Source: Longimicrobiales bacterium (GTDB lineage Bacteria; Gemmatimonadota; Gemmatimonadetes; Longimicrobiales; Gaopeijiaceae). Taken from it: a stretch of DNA of 64,000 bases. The notes beneath the pieces were generated by a model. It had not been told where the DNA came from and ran no database searches. It was given only the letters and a program-made list of their open reading frames with translations. The translations under genes were made by a program, and so were the position numbers. Positions within the stretch are counted from its first letter, which is position 1; the number at the start of each line of letters is the position of its first letter. Location of the stretch: assembly GCA_965202805.1 (NCBI GenBank), contig OZ241869.1:1760001-1824000 (forward strand), read 5' to 3'. Below, one piece after another: positions 49,937-59,153 of this stretch.

Positions 49937-50370
49937 CAAAACACCAGCGCCTCCAGCGCGACGAGTATTCCAAGCGCCGCGCCCACGATACCACCCAGTT
50001 TGATCGTCATCCGGTGTTCAAGAGCGCGCATATCGGCGCGCAGCGACGCCTCGGTCTTCTCCAGATCGCCGCGCAGCTCGGTGATCTCGGCGCGCAGTGA
50101 CGCCTCGGTCTTCTCCAGGTCACTCCGAAGCGACGCCTCGGTCTTCTCCAGATCGCCACGCCCTGCAGTGATCTCGCCGCGCAGCGATGCTTCCATCTGC
50201 CGCATTTCACGACGGAGCGCGACTTCGGTTTCCTTCACCTGGCGCTTCGTGGCCAGGCTCTCGTCCACACACTGCGCCAAGGTATCCACGAGCACGCGAG
50301 CCTGATCCTCGCTGAAGCCCGCTTCCTGCCGCAGTCTGGTGGCTGCGGTGAGCGTGTCGAAGGCGATCAT
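49936..50370 (-). CDS. DUF1640 / CCDC90-like coiled-coil membrane-anchored protein
   Basis: FDTL..L..AGFSEDQA, LATK neck, repetitive coiled coil, LEHRMTIKLG plus TM. Confidence 0.8.
   Translation of the reverse strand: MIAFDTLTAATRLRQEAGFSEDQARVLVDTLAQCVDESLATKRQVKETEVALRREMRQMEASLRGEITAGRGDLEKTEASLRSDLEKTEASLRAEITELRGDLEKTEASLRADMRALEHRMTIKLGGIVGAALGILVALEALVF
50045..50151. repeat. Three identical 20-nt repeats inside the DUF1640 gene
   Basis: GACGCCTCGGTCTTCTCCAG at 50045, 50099 and 50132 (within the DLEKTEASLR repeats). Confidence 0.9.
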
Positions 50371-50601
50371 GGTTCCCCTAATGTTGCCGCTTGTTACCGT
50401 TATGGCCAGAACGCGGCCCCCGAGGCGGAGCCAGCGAGCAGTGGCGATACCAATCTCGCGGTCGTTTCCGGGCGTGCGAATGGCGACCGGGGACGGTAGG
50501 GAGCCCGATTCGCGGGGTCGGCGCTCTTGCCGGTGCGCCCGCGCGCGCGCACGATCAGGTAAGACCTGCGGAACCGCCCACCAGCCGCTTGGAGATGTCC
50601 C

Positions 50602-51462
50602 ATGAGAACATCGTCGATGTCAATGTTCGCGCTCTCCCTCGCCGTCATTCTCTCAGCAGGCGCCGGAGAGGCTGCCGCCCAGGGAGAAAACATGCTCGAC
50701 ATGATGGAGTTCGAGCGTCCCATCGCGGCCCTGGACAACGTCTGGATCGAGGAGCTGACCATGCTCGAGGTCCGGGACGCGCTGCGCGAGGGCACCAACA
50801 CCGCCCTGATCCTCACCGGAGGGATCGAGGAGAACGGGCCCTACCTCACGACCGGCAAGCACAACCACGTGCTGCGGGTCATGGGCGATGCGATCGCGCG
50901 CCGGCTGGGGAACACCCTGGTCGCTCCCATCGTCACCATCGAACCCGGCAACCCTGAGACGGCAAGCTCGCCGGGCGGCATCCGCTTCTCGCAGGAGACC
51001 TACCAGGCCGTGCTGCGCGACATGGCGGTGAGCCTCAAGGTCCAGGGGTTCACGCGCATCTTCATGCTGGGTGACAGCGGCGGGAACCAGCGCGGCATGG
51101 CGGCCGTGGCCACGGAGCTCTCGGAGAGATGGGCGGCCGAGGACGTCGTCATCGCCCACATCCGCGAGTACTACAACTACGGCGACGTGCTGACGTATCA
51201 GCGCGAGGTGCTCGGGATCGACGAGGATCCCCGGCTGGAGGGCCTTCACGACGACTACTACATCACGTCGATCATCATGAACGACGATCCGCAGCATGTG
51301 AGGCTCCAGCAGCGCATCGCGGCCGACAAGGCGTCGATCAACGGCATCAGCATCCTCCCCGCCGAGCAAACCATCGAGCACGGCCAGAGGCTGATCGAGT
51401 TCCGCACCGATGCAACCGTCGAGGCGATCCACAGGGTGCTGATGGCGGCTCGTGGCGGTTGA
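50602..51462 (+). CDS. Creatininase family protein, secreted
   Basis: EELT..EV, TGGIEENGPYL, DSGGNQ, GLHDD; signal peptide. Confidence 0.85.
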   Translation: MRTSSMSMFALSLAVILSAGAGEAAAQGENMLDMMEFERPIAALDNVWIEELTMLEVRDALREGTNTALILTGGIEENGPYLTTGKHNHVLRVMGDAIARRLGNTLVAPIVTIEPGNPETASSPGGIRFSQETYQAVLRDMAVSLKVQGFTRIFMLGDSGGNQRGMAAVATELSERWAAEDVVIAHIREYYNYGDVLTYQREVLGIDEDPRLEGLHDDYYITSIIMNDDPQHVRLQQRIAADKASINGISILPAEQTIEHGQRLIEFRTDATVEAIHRVLMAARGG

Positions 51463-51500
51463 TGGAGGACCCGCCGATGGGCGACTCCGGTGACTGAAGT

Positions 51501-51575
51501 CTGCCATTTTGGCAGAGTTTTCGTCCCAGGGTGACCCAAGGGCCTCCACGTCCTGACATTTTGGCAGACTTTTCG
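51501..51575. repeat. Two 23-nt direct repeats with palindromic core in an intergenic region
   Basis: CTGCCATTTTGGCAGAGTTTTCG (51501) and CTGACATTTTGGCAGACTTTTCG (51553). Confidence 0.75.
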
Positions 51576-51606
51576 AGTTTCTCGGTGCTTCCAATCCAAT
51601 GGAGCC

Positions 51607-54600
51607 ATGACCATGTCCGCATCCCGCATTAGCCCATTCCTGGCCGCTTTCCGCATGGCCGCGCCCGCCGCCGCGGTTCGCCTCGCGCTGGCCGCAAGCC
51701 TCGCGCTGGCCGCGGGCCTCGCGCTGGTCGCGGGCCTCGCGTTGCCGGCAATCCCGCTTTCCGCCCAAGGGGTCCCGGAGGAGCATCTGAGCGGCCTCCG
51801 CTTCCGCCACATCGGGCCGGTGGGGAACCGGCTCGCGTCCGTCGTCGGAGTGCCCGGCAACCGCAACATCTACTTCGCGGGCGCGGCCAGCGGGGGCATC
51901 TGGCGCACCGAGGATGCGGGGCTCAACTGGGAGCCGGTTTTCGACGACCAGCCCGTGCACTCCATCGGCGCGCTCGCGGTGGCGTCCAGCGACCACGCCA
52001 TGGTGTGGGCCGGCACGGGCGAGTCGTCCATCCGGTCGAACGTCTCCATCGGCAACGGCGCGTGGAAGTCCACCGACGGCGGCGACACCTGGGCGCACAT
52101 GGGGCTCGAGGGGACGGGGCGGGTCGGCCGCATCCTCATCCATCCGGCCGATCCGGACATCGTCTACGTCGCCGCGCTCGGGCACGCGTACCAGCCCTCC
52201 GAGGAGCGGGGCGTCTACCGCACCCTCGACGGGGGCGAGAGCTGGGAGCGGGTGCTCTTCGTGGACCCGGGGGCGGGCGCATACGAGATGGTGATGGACC
52301 CGAACAACCCGCGTAAGATCGTGGCCAGCATGTGGGACCTGGACCTCAAGACCTGGAAGCGGGACAGTGGCGGCCCCGCGAGCGGCATCCACGTGACCAT
52401 GGACGGGGGCGACACCTGGCGCGAGATCGAAGGCAACGGCCTGCCGACGCGCCGCATCGGCAAGATCGGGCTCTGCATGTCGGCGTCCGATTCCGACCGC
52501 ATCTACGCCCTCATCGAGACGGGAGACGGGGTGCCCATCGACGGCGAGGAGACCGACTCGGGCGAGCTCTGGAGCACGAGCGACGGGGGCGGCAGCTGGC
52601 GTCTCGCCTCATACAGCCATGACCTCGCCACGCGCCAGGCCTACTACACGCGCTGCGGCGTGGCGCCCGACGACCGCGACGAGGTCTACTTCCTGTCGTC
52701 CAGCTACAGCGTGAGCCGGAACGGCGGCGAGACCCACGAGACCACCAACTTCCTCTTCGCCGGGGACGCGCCGGGCTGGGACCACCACGACATCTGGAGC
52801 GATCCCCTGAACGCCGACCGGATCGCGGTCGCGCACGACGGAGGATTTTCGGTCAGCGAGAACCGCGGGCGCTCCTGGTTCCGGGTGCAGCTGCCGATCG
52901 CGCAGATGTATCACGTGACCGCCGACAACGCGATCCCCTACAACGTGCTGGGCAACCGCCAGGACGGACCTTCCTTCCGGGGGCCGTCGAATTCGCGGAT
53001 GGGCGGTCTGTTCTCGAACGGGCGCATCCCACGCGGGGAGTGGCGCGGCGTGGGCGGCGGCGAGAGCGGATTCGCAACCCCCGACCCGCGCGATCCCAAC
53101 ATCGTGTGGTCGAGCGCATCCGGGGCCGGCGCCGCGGGCGGGATCGTGGTGCGCCACGATGTCGCCAGGGGACAGTTCCGGGACGTCGAGGTGTGGCCCA
53201 TGTCAACATTGGGATGGCCTGCGGAGGACATGCGCTTCCGCTTCCAGTGGACCTTCCCGCTGCTGCTGTCGCCGCACGACCCCAACACCCTCTACGTCAC
53301 CAGCCAGCACGTGCACCGCACCCGCAACAACGGGCAGAGCTGGGAGGTGATCAGCCCCGACCTCTCCACCAACGACAAGTCCCGCCAGACCATCTCCGGA
53401 GGACTGACCCCGGACAACATCGGCGTGGAGTTCTGCTGCGTGATCTACGCCTTCGACGAGTCGCCGGTGGAGGCCGGCGTCCTGTGGGCCGGCACCAACG
53501 ACGGGCTCATGCAGGTGAGCCGCGACAACGGCGCCATCTGGACCAACGTGACCGAAAACATCCCCGATCTGCCCGCCGACGGTGTTGTGCGGAGCATCGA
53601 CGCCTCGCGCTGGGACGCCGCCCGCGCCTATATCACCATCGAGCATCACCAGGTGGGCGACTTCGAGGCGCGCGCCTACCGCACCGACGACTTCGGCGAG
53701 AGCTGGACCCGGATCACCGACGGGGTCGACAACTATCCCGTCGACTATACGCGGTATCTGCTGGAGGACGCGGTGCGCCCGGGTCTGCTCTATCTGGGAA
53801 CCGAGAGTTCGCTCTACATCAGCTATGACGACGGCGACAGCTGGCAGCGCTTCATGCCTGGCCTCCCGCCCACGCCGTACTACGGCATCTTCCAGCAGGA
53901 GCACTTCAACGACCTGGTGATCGGGACGTACGGGCGCGGCTACTGGATCCTGGACGACCTGGGGCCGGTGCAGCAGCTGACCGACGAGGTGGCCGCATCG
54001 GCCGCGCACCTCTTCGAGCCGCGTGACGCCTACCGCTTCCGCCCGGTGACCGAGCCCGCGACCATGCTCGGCGACTGGTCCGACGGCGAGAACCCGGAGG
54101 GCGACGCCCCGCTGACCTACTGGCTGGGCGAGGGCGCCGGCGCGGTGCAGCTGCGCATAGACGACAGCGCCGGCGAGGAGGTCACGACCCTGGACGGCAC
54201 CAGCAGCGCGGGCTTCAACCGCGTGTGGTGGGACCTGACCGGGGACGGCCCGACCGAGATCCGGCTGCGGACGAAGCCGCTCTACTCGGACTGGTTCCCG
54301 ATGCCGGACGAGGGCTACCGCGTGGGCGGGATGGGGTTCGGCGGCGGCGGCGGGCCGCTCCAGCCGCCGGGCACCTACACGGTGACTCTGCTCGTCGATG
54401 ATGAAGAGATGGGAAGCCAGCCGCTGACCGTGCTGAAGGACCCCAACTCGGAGGGCACACTCGCCGACATCGCCGCGCAGACCGAGCTGGTGCAGGAGAT
54501 TATGGCCGACCGCAACCGGGCCGCGGACATGGTGAACCGCATCGAGCTACTGCGGCGCCAGATCTACGACCTGCGGCCGGTGCTCGAGGAAGAAGAGGGC

Positions 54601-54912
54601 GCGGAGGATCTGATCGAAGCCGGGGAGGCGCTGGATGCGGCGCTGATCGAGGTGGAACACGAGCTGATTCAGCTGATGGACACCGGAAGCGACGGCGTGC
54701 GCTGGCCCTCGATGATCGTGGGGCGGCTGCGTTACCTGCAGGGGGCCGTGGCCACGGCGGACTTCCCACCGACCGACCAGCACCGGGAGGTGTCCCAGGT
54801 GCTGAGGGTGCAGCTGGGGGAGGTGGAGGAGGCGCTGCAGGAGGTGCTGGCGGAGGATCTGGAGAACTTCAACCGGATGCTGCAGCAGAGGATTGGGAGG
54901 GTGATTACGTAG
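51607..54912 (+). CDS. BNR/Asp-box (sortilin/Vps10-like) glycosyl hydrolase-like protein
   Basis: FRHIGP..NR; many S/TxDGGxTW Asp-boxes; GTYGRGYWILDD; helical C-terminus. Confidence 0.85.
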   Translation: MTMSASRISPFLAAFRMAAPAAAVRLALAASLALAAGLALVAGLALPAIPLSAQGVPEEHLSGLRFRHIGPVGNRLASVVGVPGNRNIYFAGAASGGIWRTEDAGLNWEPVFDDQPVHSIGALAVASSDHAMVWAGTGESSIRSNVSIGNGAWKSTDGGDTWAHMGLEGTGRVGRILIHPADPDIVYVAALGHAYQPSEERGVYRTLDGGESWERVLFVDPGAGAYEMVMDPNNPRKIVASMWDLDLKTWKRDSGGPASGIHVTMDGGDTWREIEGNGLPTRRIGKIGLCMSASDSDRIYALIETGDGVPIDGEETDSGELWSTSDGGGSWRLASYSHDLATRQAYYTRCGVAPDDRDEVYFLSSSYSVSRNGGETHETTNFLFAGDAPGWDHHDIWSDPLNADRIAVAHDGGFSVSENRGRSWFRVQLPIAQMYHVTADNAIPYNVLGNRQDGPSFRGPSNSRMGGLFSNGRIPRGEWRGVGGGESGFATPDPRDPNIVWSSASGAGAAGGIVVRHDVARGQFRDVEVWPMSTLGWPAEDMRFRFQWTFPLLLSPHDPNTLYVTSQHVHRTRNNGQSWEVISPDLSTNDKSRQTISGGLTPDNIGVEFCCVIYAFDESPVEAGVLWAGTNDGLMQVSRDNGAIWTNVTENIPDLPADGVVRSIDASRWDAARAYITIEHHQVGDFEARAYRTDDFGESWTRITDGVDNYPVDYTRYLLEDAVRPGLLYLGTESSLYISYDDGDSWQRFMPGLPPTPYYGIFQQEHFNDLVIGTYGRGYWILDDLGPVQQLTDEVAASAAHLFEPRDAYRFRPVTEPATMLGDWSDGENPEGDAPLTYWLGEGAGAVQLRIDDSAGEEVTTLDGTSSAGFNRVWWDLTGDGPTEIRLRTKPLYSDWFPMPDEGYRVGGMGFGGGGGPLQPPGTYTVTLLVDDEEMGSQPLTVLKDPNSEGTLADIAAQTELVQEIMADRNRAADMVNRIELLRRQIYDLRPVLEEEEGAEDLIEAGEALDAALIEVEHELIQLMDTGSDGVRWPSMIVGRLRYLQGAVATADFPPTDQHREVSQVLRVQLGEVEEALQEVLAEDLENFNRMLQQRIGRVIT
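51681..51752 (+). repeat. 18-nt tandem repeat (about 4 copies) in the signal-peptide region
   Basis: CCTCGCGCTGGCCGCAAG / CCTCGCGCTGGCCGCGGG / CCTCGCGCTGGTCGCGGG / CCTCGCGTTGCCGGCAAT. Confidence 0.8.
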
Positions 54913-54952
54913 GAGGGCGTCCACGCGTCGCGAGCCTTGATCGCTATTGGGA

Positions 54953-55739
54953 TCAGTTGCTCGGGGAGCGTCGGCCTGCCGCGGCTCCGGGCATACCAGC
55001 GAGCCACTCCTTTCGCGCCAAGACGTCCCGAGCCAGCGCTAGCTGACCCCGGCTGAACATCCTCTTCCTATCGCTCCAAGAGTAGACGAGCCTCTCGATG
55101 TCCTCCCTGGTGGCAGCCTCGCGCTTCTTCGCGACCCAATGAACAGTCGCGAGCAGTTCAAGGCCGAACGGTGATTCGAATCCTTCCACCAAGTCGACCA
55201 CTCGTTGGAGATTGGTGTGCGTAGCTGCTCTTTGTTCGAGAAACGCGTTTGCATCTTCCAGCGCACCAGGCACCAGTTCCAGTTGTTTATGGGGCTCGTC
55301 GCCTCCGTCCGCATAGCCAGTAACCATATATCCCTCAATGGCGTGCAGCACATGACTGAGATTGTCTGCGAACGGGCCATAGGGGCCTGGCTCGAATCGC
55401 AATCGCAACGGCTCTCCGGCTTCCTGCATGAAATAAAGGAGCTTGTGTACCTCCAACAGCGTAACATAGGGTTCCATCATCCCCCGCAGATAGCGATCCA
55501 TCAGCGCGATCAATGCTGCCCGACCTGGCGTCATCCCGGGAACCTTGGGTGATCGAGCAAGACGCCTGGCTCCCGATCGACCGCGCGGCTCAAATACAAC
55601 AACGTCGACCTCCCTTAAGTCACCGAGGGCCTTCTCAATGCGTCGGCGTACAACCGGCCATGCCAAGCCTCCAGTTCACCGTGTTCACAAGAGCATCGGC
55701 GCTCTCGGAGAGGATATCGCCAGTCTTGTATTGAATCAT
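54953..55739 (-). pseudogene. darG: DarG antitoxin pseudogene, macrodomain internally deleted
   Basis: GGAGG then ATG 55739 reads MIQYKTGDILSESADALVNTVN, joined out of frame to GGLAWPVVR; intact C-domain (LLEVHKLLYFMQ, GPYGP, GFESPFGLELLATVHW). Confidence 0.85.
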
Positions 55740-55748
55740 TCGCGCCTC

Positions 55749-55894
55749 CTAGTAGTACCAATGCGGCATGACCTGCACTCAGCCTGCTTGCCCTCCTTCA
55801 GGCGCTGCCAATCGTTAGCCTGTACAGCACGCCAATCGATTTCGTCCAAGTCTGCCAAGTCACAGAAATCCTCGCAGTAAAACGAGGCAGCGTT
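55749..55894 (-). pseudogene. darT: DarT (DUF4433) toxin remnant
   Basis: NAASFYCEDFCDLADLDEIDWRAVQANDWQRLKEGKQAE, then frameshifted VQVMPHWYY-stop directly before darG. Confidence 0.8.
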
Positions 55895-55964
55895 TCAACT
55901 CGACCAGCCGTAATCTCTCCCATTCCGGCGTGCGAGAGAATGGCAGAATAGGCCACTCCCTCAC

Positions 55965-56906
55965 TCACCCCCGGAACCGATTCTCGTTGTGCCACTCCAG
56001 GTAGTCCCGCCCAGGCCGGTGTTCCGAGCGGGCAGGCACCCACAGCCCCTTGCCGTGAAGTTTGTAGTAGTTCTCGCCGTCATCGAAGTCCGTGTGGATG
56101 TGCTTGCTAACCTCGAAGTGGTGGTCCGGCGTGACGGTTACGTAACCCGCGTCGAAGAGCCTGTGTACATCGGACCGCAGCAACATCCCGTTCTGCACGT
56201 AGTTCTCCGGGACCTCGCTGAAAGGCTGGATGTGGGCCGCGTCGAGAGCCGGGAGCGCCTTCTCACGAGTTACCGCGCACTGCCGCTCGTATACGTCGGT
56301 GACGACGCTTCGGAAGATTCCCTGTCCCACTCGATGTCTCGCGGGCGTGGGATCTGAATAGCCTCCCGGAAGATCCAGCCCGCCCTCGGGCTTCGGTTCC
56401 GCAACGATGGTCCCGTGGAGGCGATCGGTCACCTGCCTCCACAGATCGCGCCCGATCCCGGCGCGCAAGTCGTATCCCTTCCCGCGCTGAATGCTCGGAG
56501 CCCAATCGGCTGGCTGGCGAAACCAGTCCTTCTCACCCCAGAAGAAGGGCTCCGCCAGGAGGATGCACCCGATCACGTAGTTCGAGGACCGCGGACGATC
56601 CCGGCGGAGATGAGCGGTGCGCTGCCGAACCGCCTCAAGGCTCGGAGCACCGTTCTTCTCCCCGAACGCCTGCCACGCCAAGCCGACCGGGAGTTCGGTG
56701 TAATGCTCGAAGAAGCCGCCGCCCGCAATCACGTTGTGCGGACTCTTCAGCTTGAATAGCAACGGTTGGCCTCGAGTGAGGACGCGGAAGTGACCACCCC
56801 AGGGCTTCGGAGTCCAGAAGTTGACTTCGTCCACCCGCTCGTGACGGGAAAGGCTCCTGAGGTGATCGAACCAGTTCTTGTCCGTGACGGCGGCGTATGC
56901 GTTCAA
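55965..56906 (-). CDS. HNH endonuclease, putative restriction endonuclease
   Basis: GQGIFR..Y..QCAVT, AAHI, NGMLLRSDVHRLFD, LEWH; N-terminal VTD..WF..EVNFW domain; TTG start after AGAGG (alternative ATG 56987). Confidence 0.85.
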   Translation of the reverse strand: MNAYAAVTDKNWFDHLRSLSRHERVDEVNFWTPKPWGGHFRVLTRGQPLLFKLKSPHNVIAGGGFFEHYTELPVGLAWQAFGEKNGAPSLEAVRQRTAHLRRDRPRSSNYVIGCILLAEPFFWGEKDWFRQPADWAPSIQRGKGYDLRAGIGRDLWRQVTDRLHGTIVAEPKPEGGLDLPGGYSDPTPARHRVGQGIFRSVVTDVYERQCAVTREKALPALDAAHIQPFSEVPENYVQNGMLLRSDVHRLFDAGYVTVTPDHHFEVSKHIHTDFDDGENYYKLHGKGLWVPARSEHRPGRDYLEWHNENRFRG

Positions 56907-57146
56907 GGCCGAGTCCTCTGTCCCCGTGGCGAAAGCTCCAGCGGCCTGGATGATGTAATCGCAGCAATCTACGCCTCGCAGGCTCATCGCGCCGCTACCT
57001 CAATACTCGACCTTGCCTTGGCCCACCGAGACCTGGCTTCGTGGCCGCCGCGGTTTGTCCACCCCATCCCCACCGCCGTAAGTTGCCGGTGTCACCGTTG
57101 GATTCCTGCCGGCCTCGATGCCCGGGGCTGGTGAAGGTGCACGCGC

Positions 57147-57977
57147 ATGGCTGAACCGACATCGGCAACGCCCCTCTTCCGACGCGTCCTGCGCGAGCCG
57201 ACGTCCCATTTTGTCCTGTTGGCGGCCGTGTTGTTCGGGGCGAACGCGGCGCTTGAGTCGTGGCGCGGCAACGTCATCACGATCGATCGCGTGCAGATCG
57301 ACGTTCGGATCGCGGAACTGGAAGCGCTGCGCGGCGGGCCGCTGAGCCCGGAGGAGCGGCAGCTCGTCGAGGATGCGTACATCGACGAGCAGGTTCTCGT
57401 GCGCGAGGCCCTCGACATGGGGCTTGAAGCCGATCGCAGGATCGACGACATCCTCGTGCAGAAGATGCTTCACGTTCTGAGCGGAGACGTCATTCAGCCC
57501 ACCGAGGACGAGCTCGGGGAGTTCTACGAGGCGAACCGCGCGGGCTACACGCCGGAGTCGACGCTCACCGTCGAGGAGGTGGTCATCGCCGGGGGCTCGC
57601 CCGCGGCCGGAGACCTGGTGGCGCGGCTGCGGGCCGGCGCATCCACCCAGGAGTTCGCCGGGAACCCCGACGTGCGGGCGTCCGTGTTGCGCGAGGTGAC
57701 GGGCGGTGATCTGAGGAGGTTGTTCGGGCCGGTGACCGCCGAGCTCATCCTCAGCGCGAACACCGAGGGCTGGATCGGGCCGCATGCGACGGTTCGGGGG
57801 CAGCACTGGTTCCGGATCGTCGAGCAGACGACGCCCGAGCTCCCGCCTCTCGACAGCGTGCGCGAGCGGGTCCGCCTCGACTGGGTCGCCGACCAGGAGG
57901 CCGCGAGGCTGGACCTGGCGGTCCGGGGGCTGCGCGAGCACTACAACATCGTCATCCAAGAGCCGGAAGGGCGATGA
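57147..57977 (+). CDS. PpiC/rotamase-like chaperone
   Basis: LREP..HF, EQVLVREAL..GL, WIGP, LPPLDSVRERV; typical partner of HupE/UreJ-like genes. Confidence 0.75.
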   Translation: MAEPTSATPLFRRVLREPTSHFVLLAAVLFGANAALESWRGNVITIDRVQIDVRIAELEALRGGPLSPEERQLVEDAYIDEQVLVREALDMGLEADRRIDDILVQKMLHVLSGDVIQPTEDELGEFYEANRAGYTPESTLTVEEVVIAGGSPAAGDLVARLRAGASTQEFAGNPDVRASVLREVTGGDLRRLFGPVTAELILSANTEGWIGPHATVRGQHWFRIVEQTTPELPPLDSVRERVRLDWVADQEAARLDLAVRGLREHYNIVIQEPEGR

Positions 57978-59059
57978 CGACGCAAGCTGCCGGTCTCGCA
58001 GCGGTCCTCGCGCTCGTCGTCGCGTATCCCCCTCCGGCGCCCGGCCATGAGGCGGACGGCACGCGGCCGCCGGTGCCCGGCCGCGCCGCAGCCATCGCCC
58101 CGATCCCCCGTCCCGCCCACGACGTCGACGTCACCTCCGTCGCCCGCGTCTACCTCGACCAGATCGGCGACGCCCGGTACGTGTTCTCGATCGTCGATAC
58201 CCAGGTGTCGCCCATCATCGACCTGCGCGCCGTCCTGCCGGAGCGCTGCACACCGCTTCGCTCGGAGGCCGCGGGGGTGCTCGTGAGCGCGGGCTTCGCG
58301 TTCGAGTGCGCGTCCGAACTGACCTTCGACGACAGCCTGGAGCTGCCCTGGTCGCTGGCCGGGGTGGTCGCGCTGGTGCGCTGGAGCGACGGCACCGAGG
58401 CGTCGGCCTACTTCCGCGGCGACGGGCGCTCGGTCTCCATCCGGCTGGCGGATCTGCGCGCCGGGGGCGGCACGACGGGCCGGCTCGCGGGCACGTACTT
58501 CATTCTCGGCGGGGAGCACATCCTCTTCGGGATCGATCACCTGCTCTTCGTTCTGGGCCTGCTCCTGCTCGTCGGGGGATTCTGGTCGCTGGTCAAGACC
58601 ATCACCTCTTTCACTCTGGCGCACAGCATCACCCTGGGGCTGGCCGTGCTCGGCTACGTGCCCGTGGATCGCGCCCCGGTCGAGGCCGCGATCGCCCTCT
58701 CCATCGTGCTGCTGGCCCGCGAGATCGTGGTCGGGCACCGCGGGCGGAAGTCGCTCGTGCACCGGTATCCGTGGCTGGTCGCGTTCGTCTTCGGGTTGCT
58801 GCACGGGCTCGGGTTCGCCGGCGCCCTCGGCGAGATCGGGCTCAGGTCGAGCGACGTTCCGGTGGCCCTCCTCTTCTTCAATCTGGGCGTCGAGGCGGGG
58901 CAGCTCGCGTTCGTCGTGGCGCTGATCGCGCTGGCGAAGATCGCCGGACGGGCAAGGCAAATGGCGGTGCAGCGGGTCGAGCCAGCCCTCGGCTACGCCC
59001 TGGGCGCCTTCGCCACCTTCTGGTTCCTGGATCGCCTTCCGGCGCTATGGGGCGCGTGA
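57974..59059 (+). CDS. HupE/UreJ-like membrane protein
   Basis: GEHILFGIDHLLFV, FTLAHSITL, EAAIALSI, FGLLHGLGFA, FNLGVEAGQ; ATGA overlap. Confidence 0.88.
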   Translation: MTTQAAGLAAVLALVVAYPPPAPGHEADGTRPPVPGRAAAIAPIPRPAHDVDVTSVARVYLDQIGDARYVFSIVDTQVSPIIDLRAVLPERCTPLRSEAAGVLVSAGFAFECASELTFDDSLELPWSLAGVVALVRWSDGTEASAYFRGDGRSVSIRLADLRAGGGTTGRLAGTYFILGGEHILFGIDHLLFVLGLLLLVGGFWSLVKTITSFTLAHSITLGLAVLGYVPVDRAPVEAAIALSIVLLAREIVVGHRGRKSLVHRYPWLVAFVFGLLHGLGFAGALGEIGLRSSDVPVALLFFNLGVEAGQLAFVVALIALAKIAGRARQMAVQRVEPALGYALGAFATFWFLDRLPALWGA

Positions 59060-59153
59060 ATGGATGATGCGAAATGCGTGAGAAACCTGGTGTGGTGGCT
59101 GATATCGAGGATTGCCCAGTCAGGCCAGGACCCGTGACCAAGACGGAGGAACC

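Noticed and set aside
50045..50151. Identical 20-nt repeats resembling a mini CRISPR array
   Set aside because: In-frame coding repeats with unequal, mutually similar spacers; no cas genes in the window.
51510..51525. TGGCA as a sigma54 -24 box
   Set aside because: No GC dinucleotide at the required -12 spacing in either copy.
51561..55858. TTGGCAGACTT at 51561 (+) and 55848-55858 (-) as terminal inverted repeats of a mobile element
   Set aside because: The second copy lies in darT coding sequence (DLADL); only 11 nt, with no transposase or target duplication seen.
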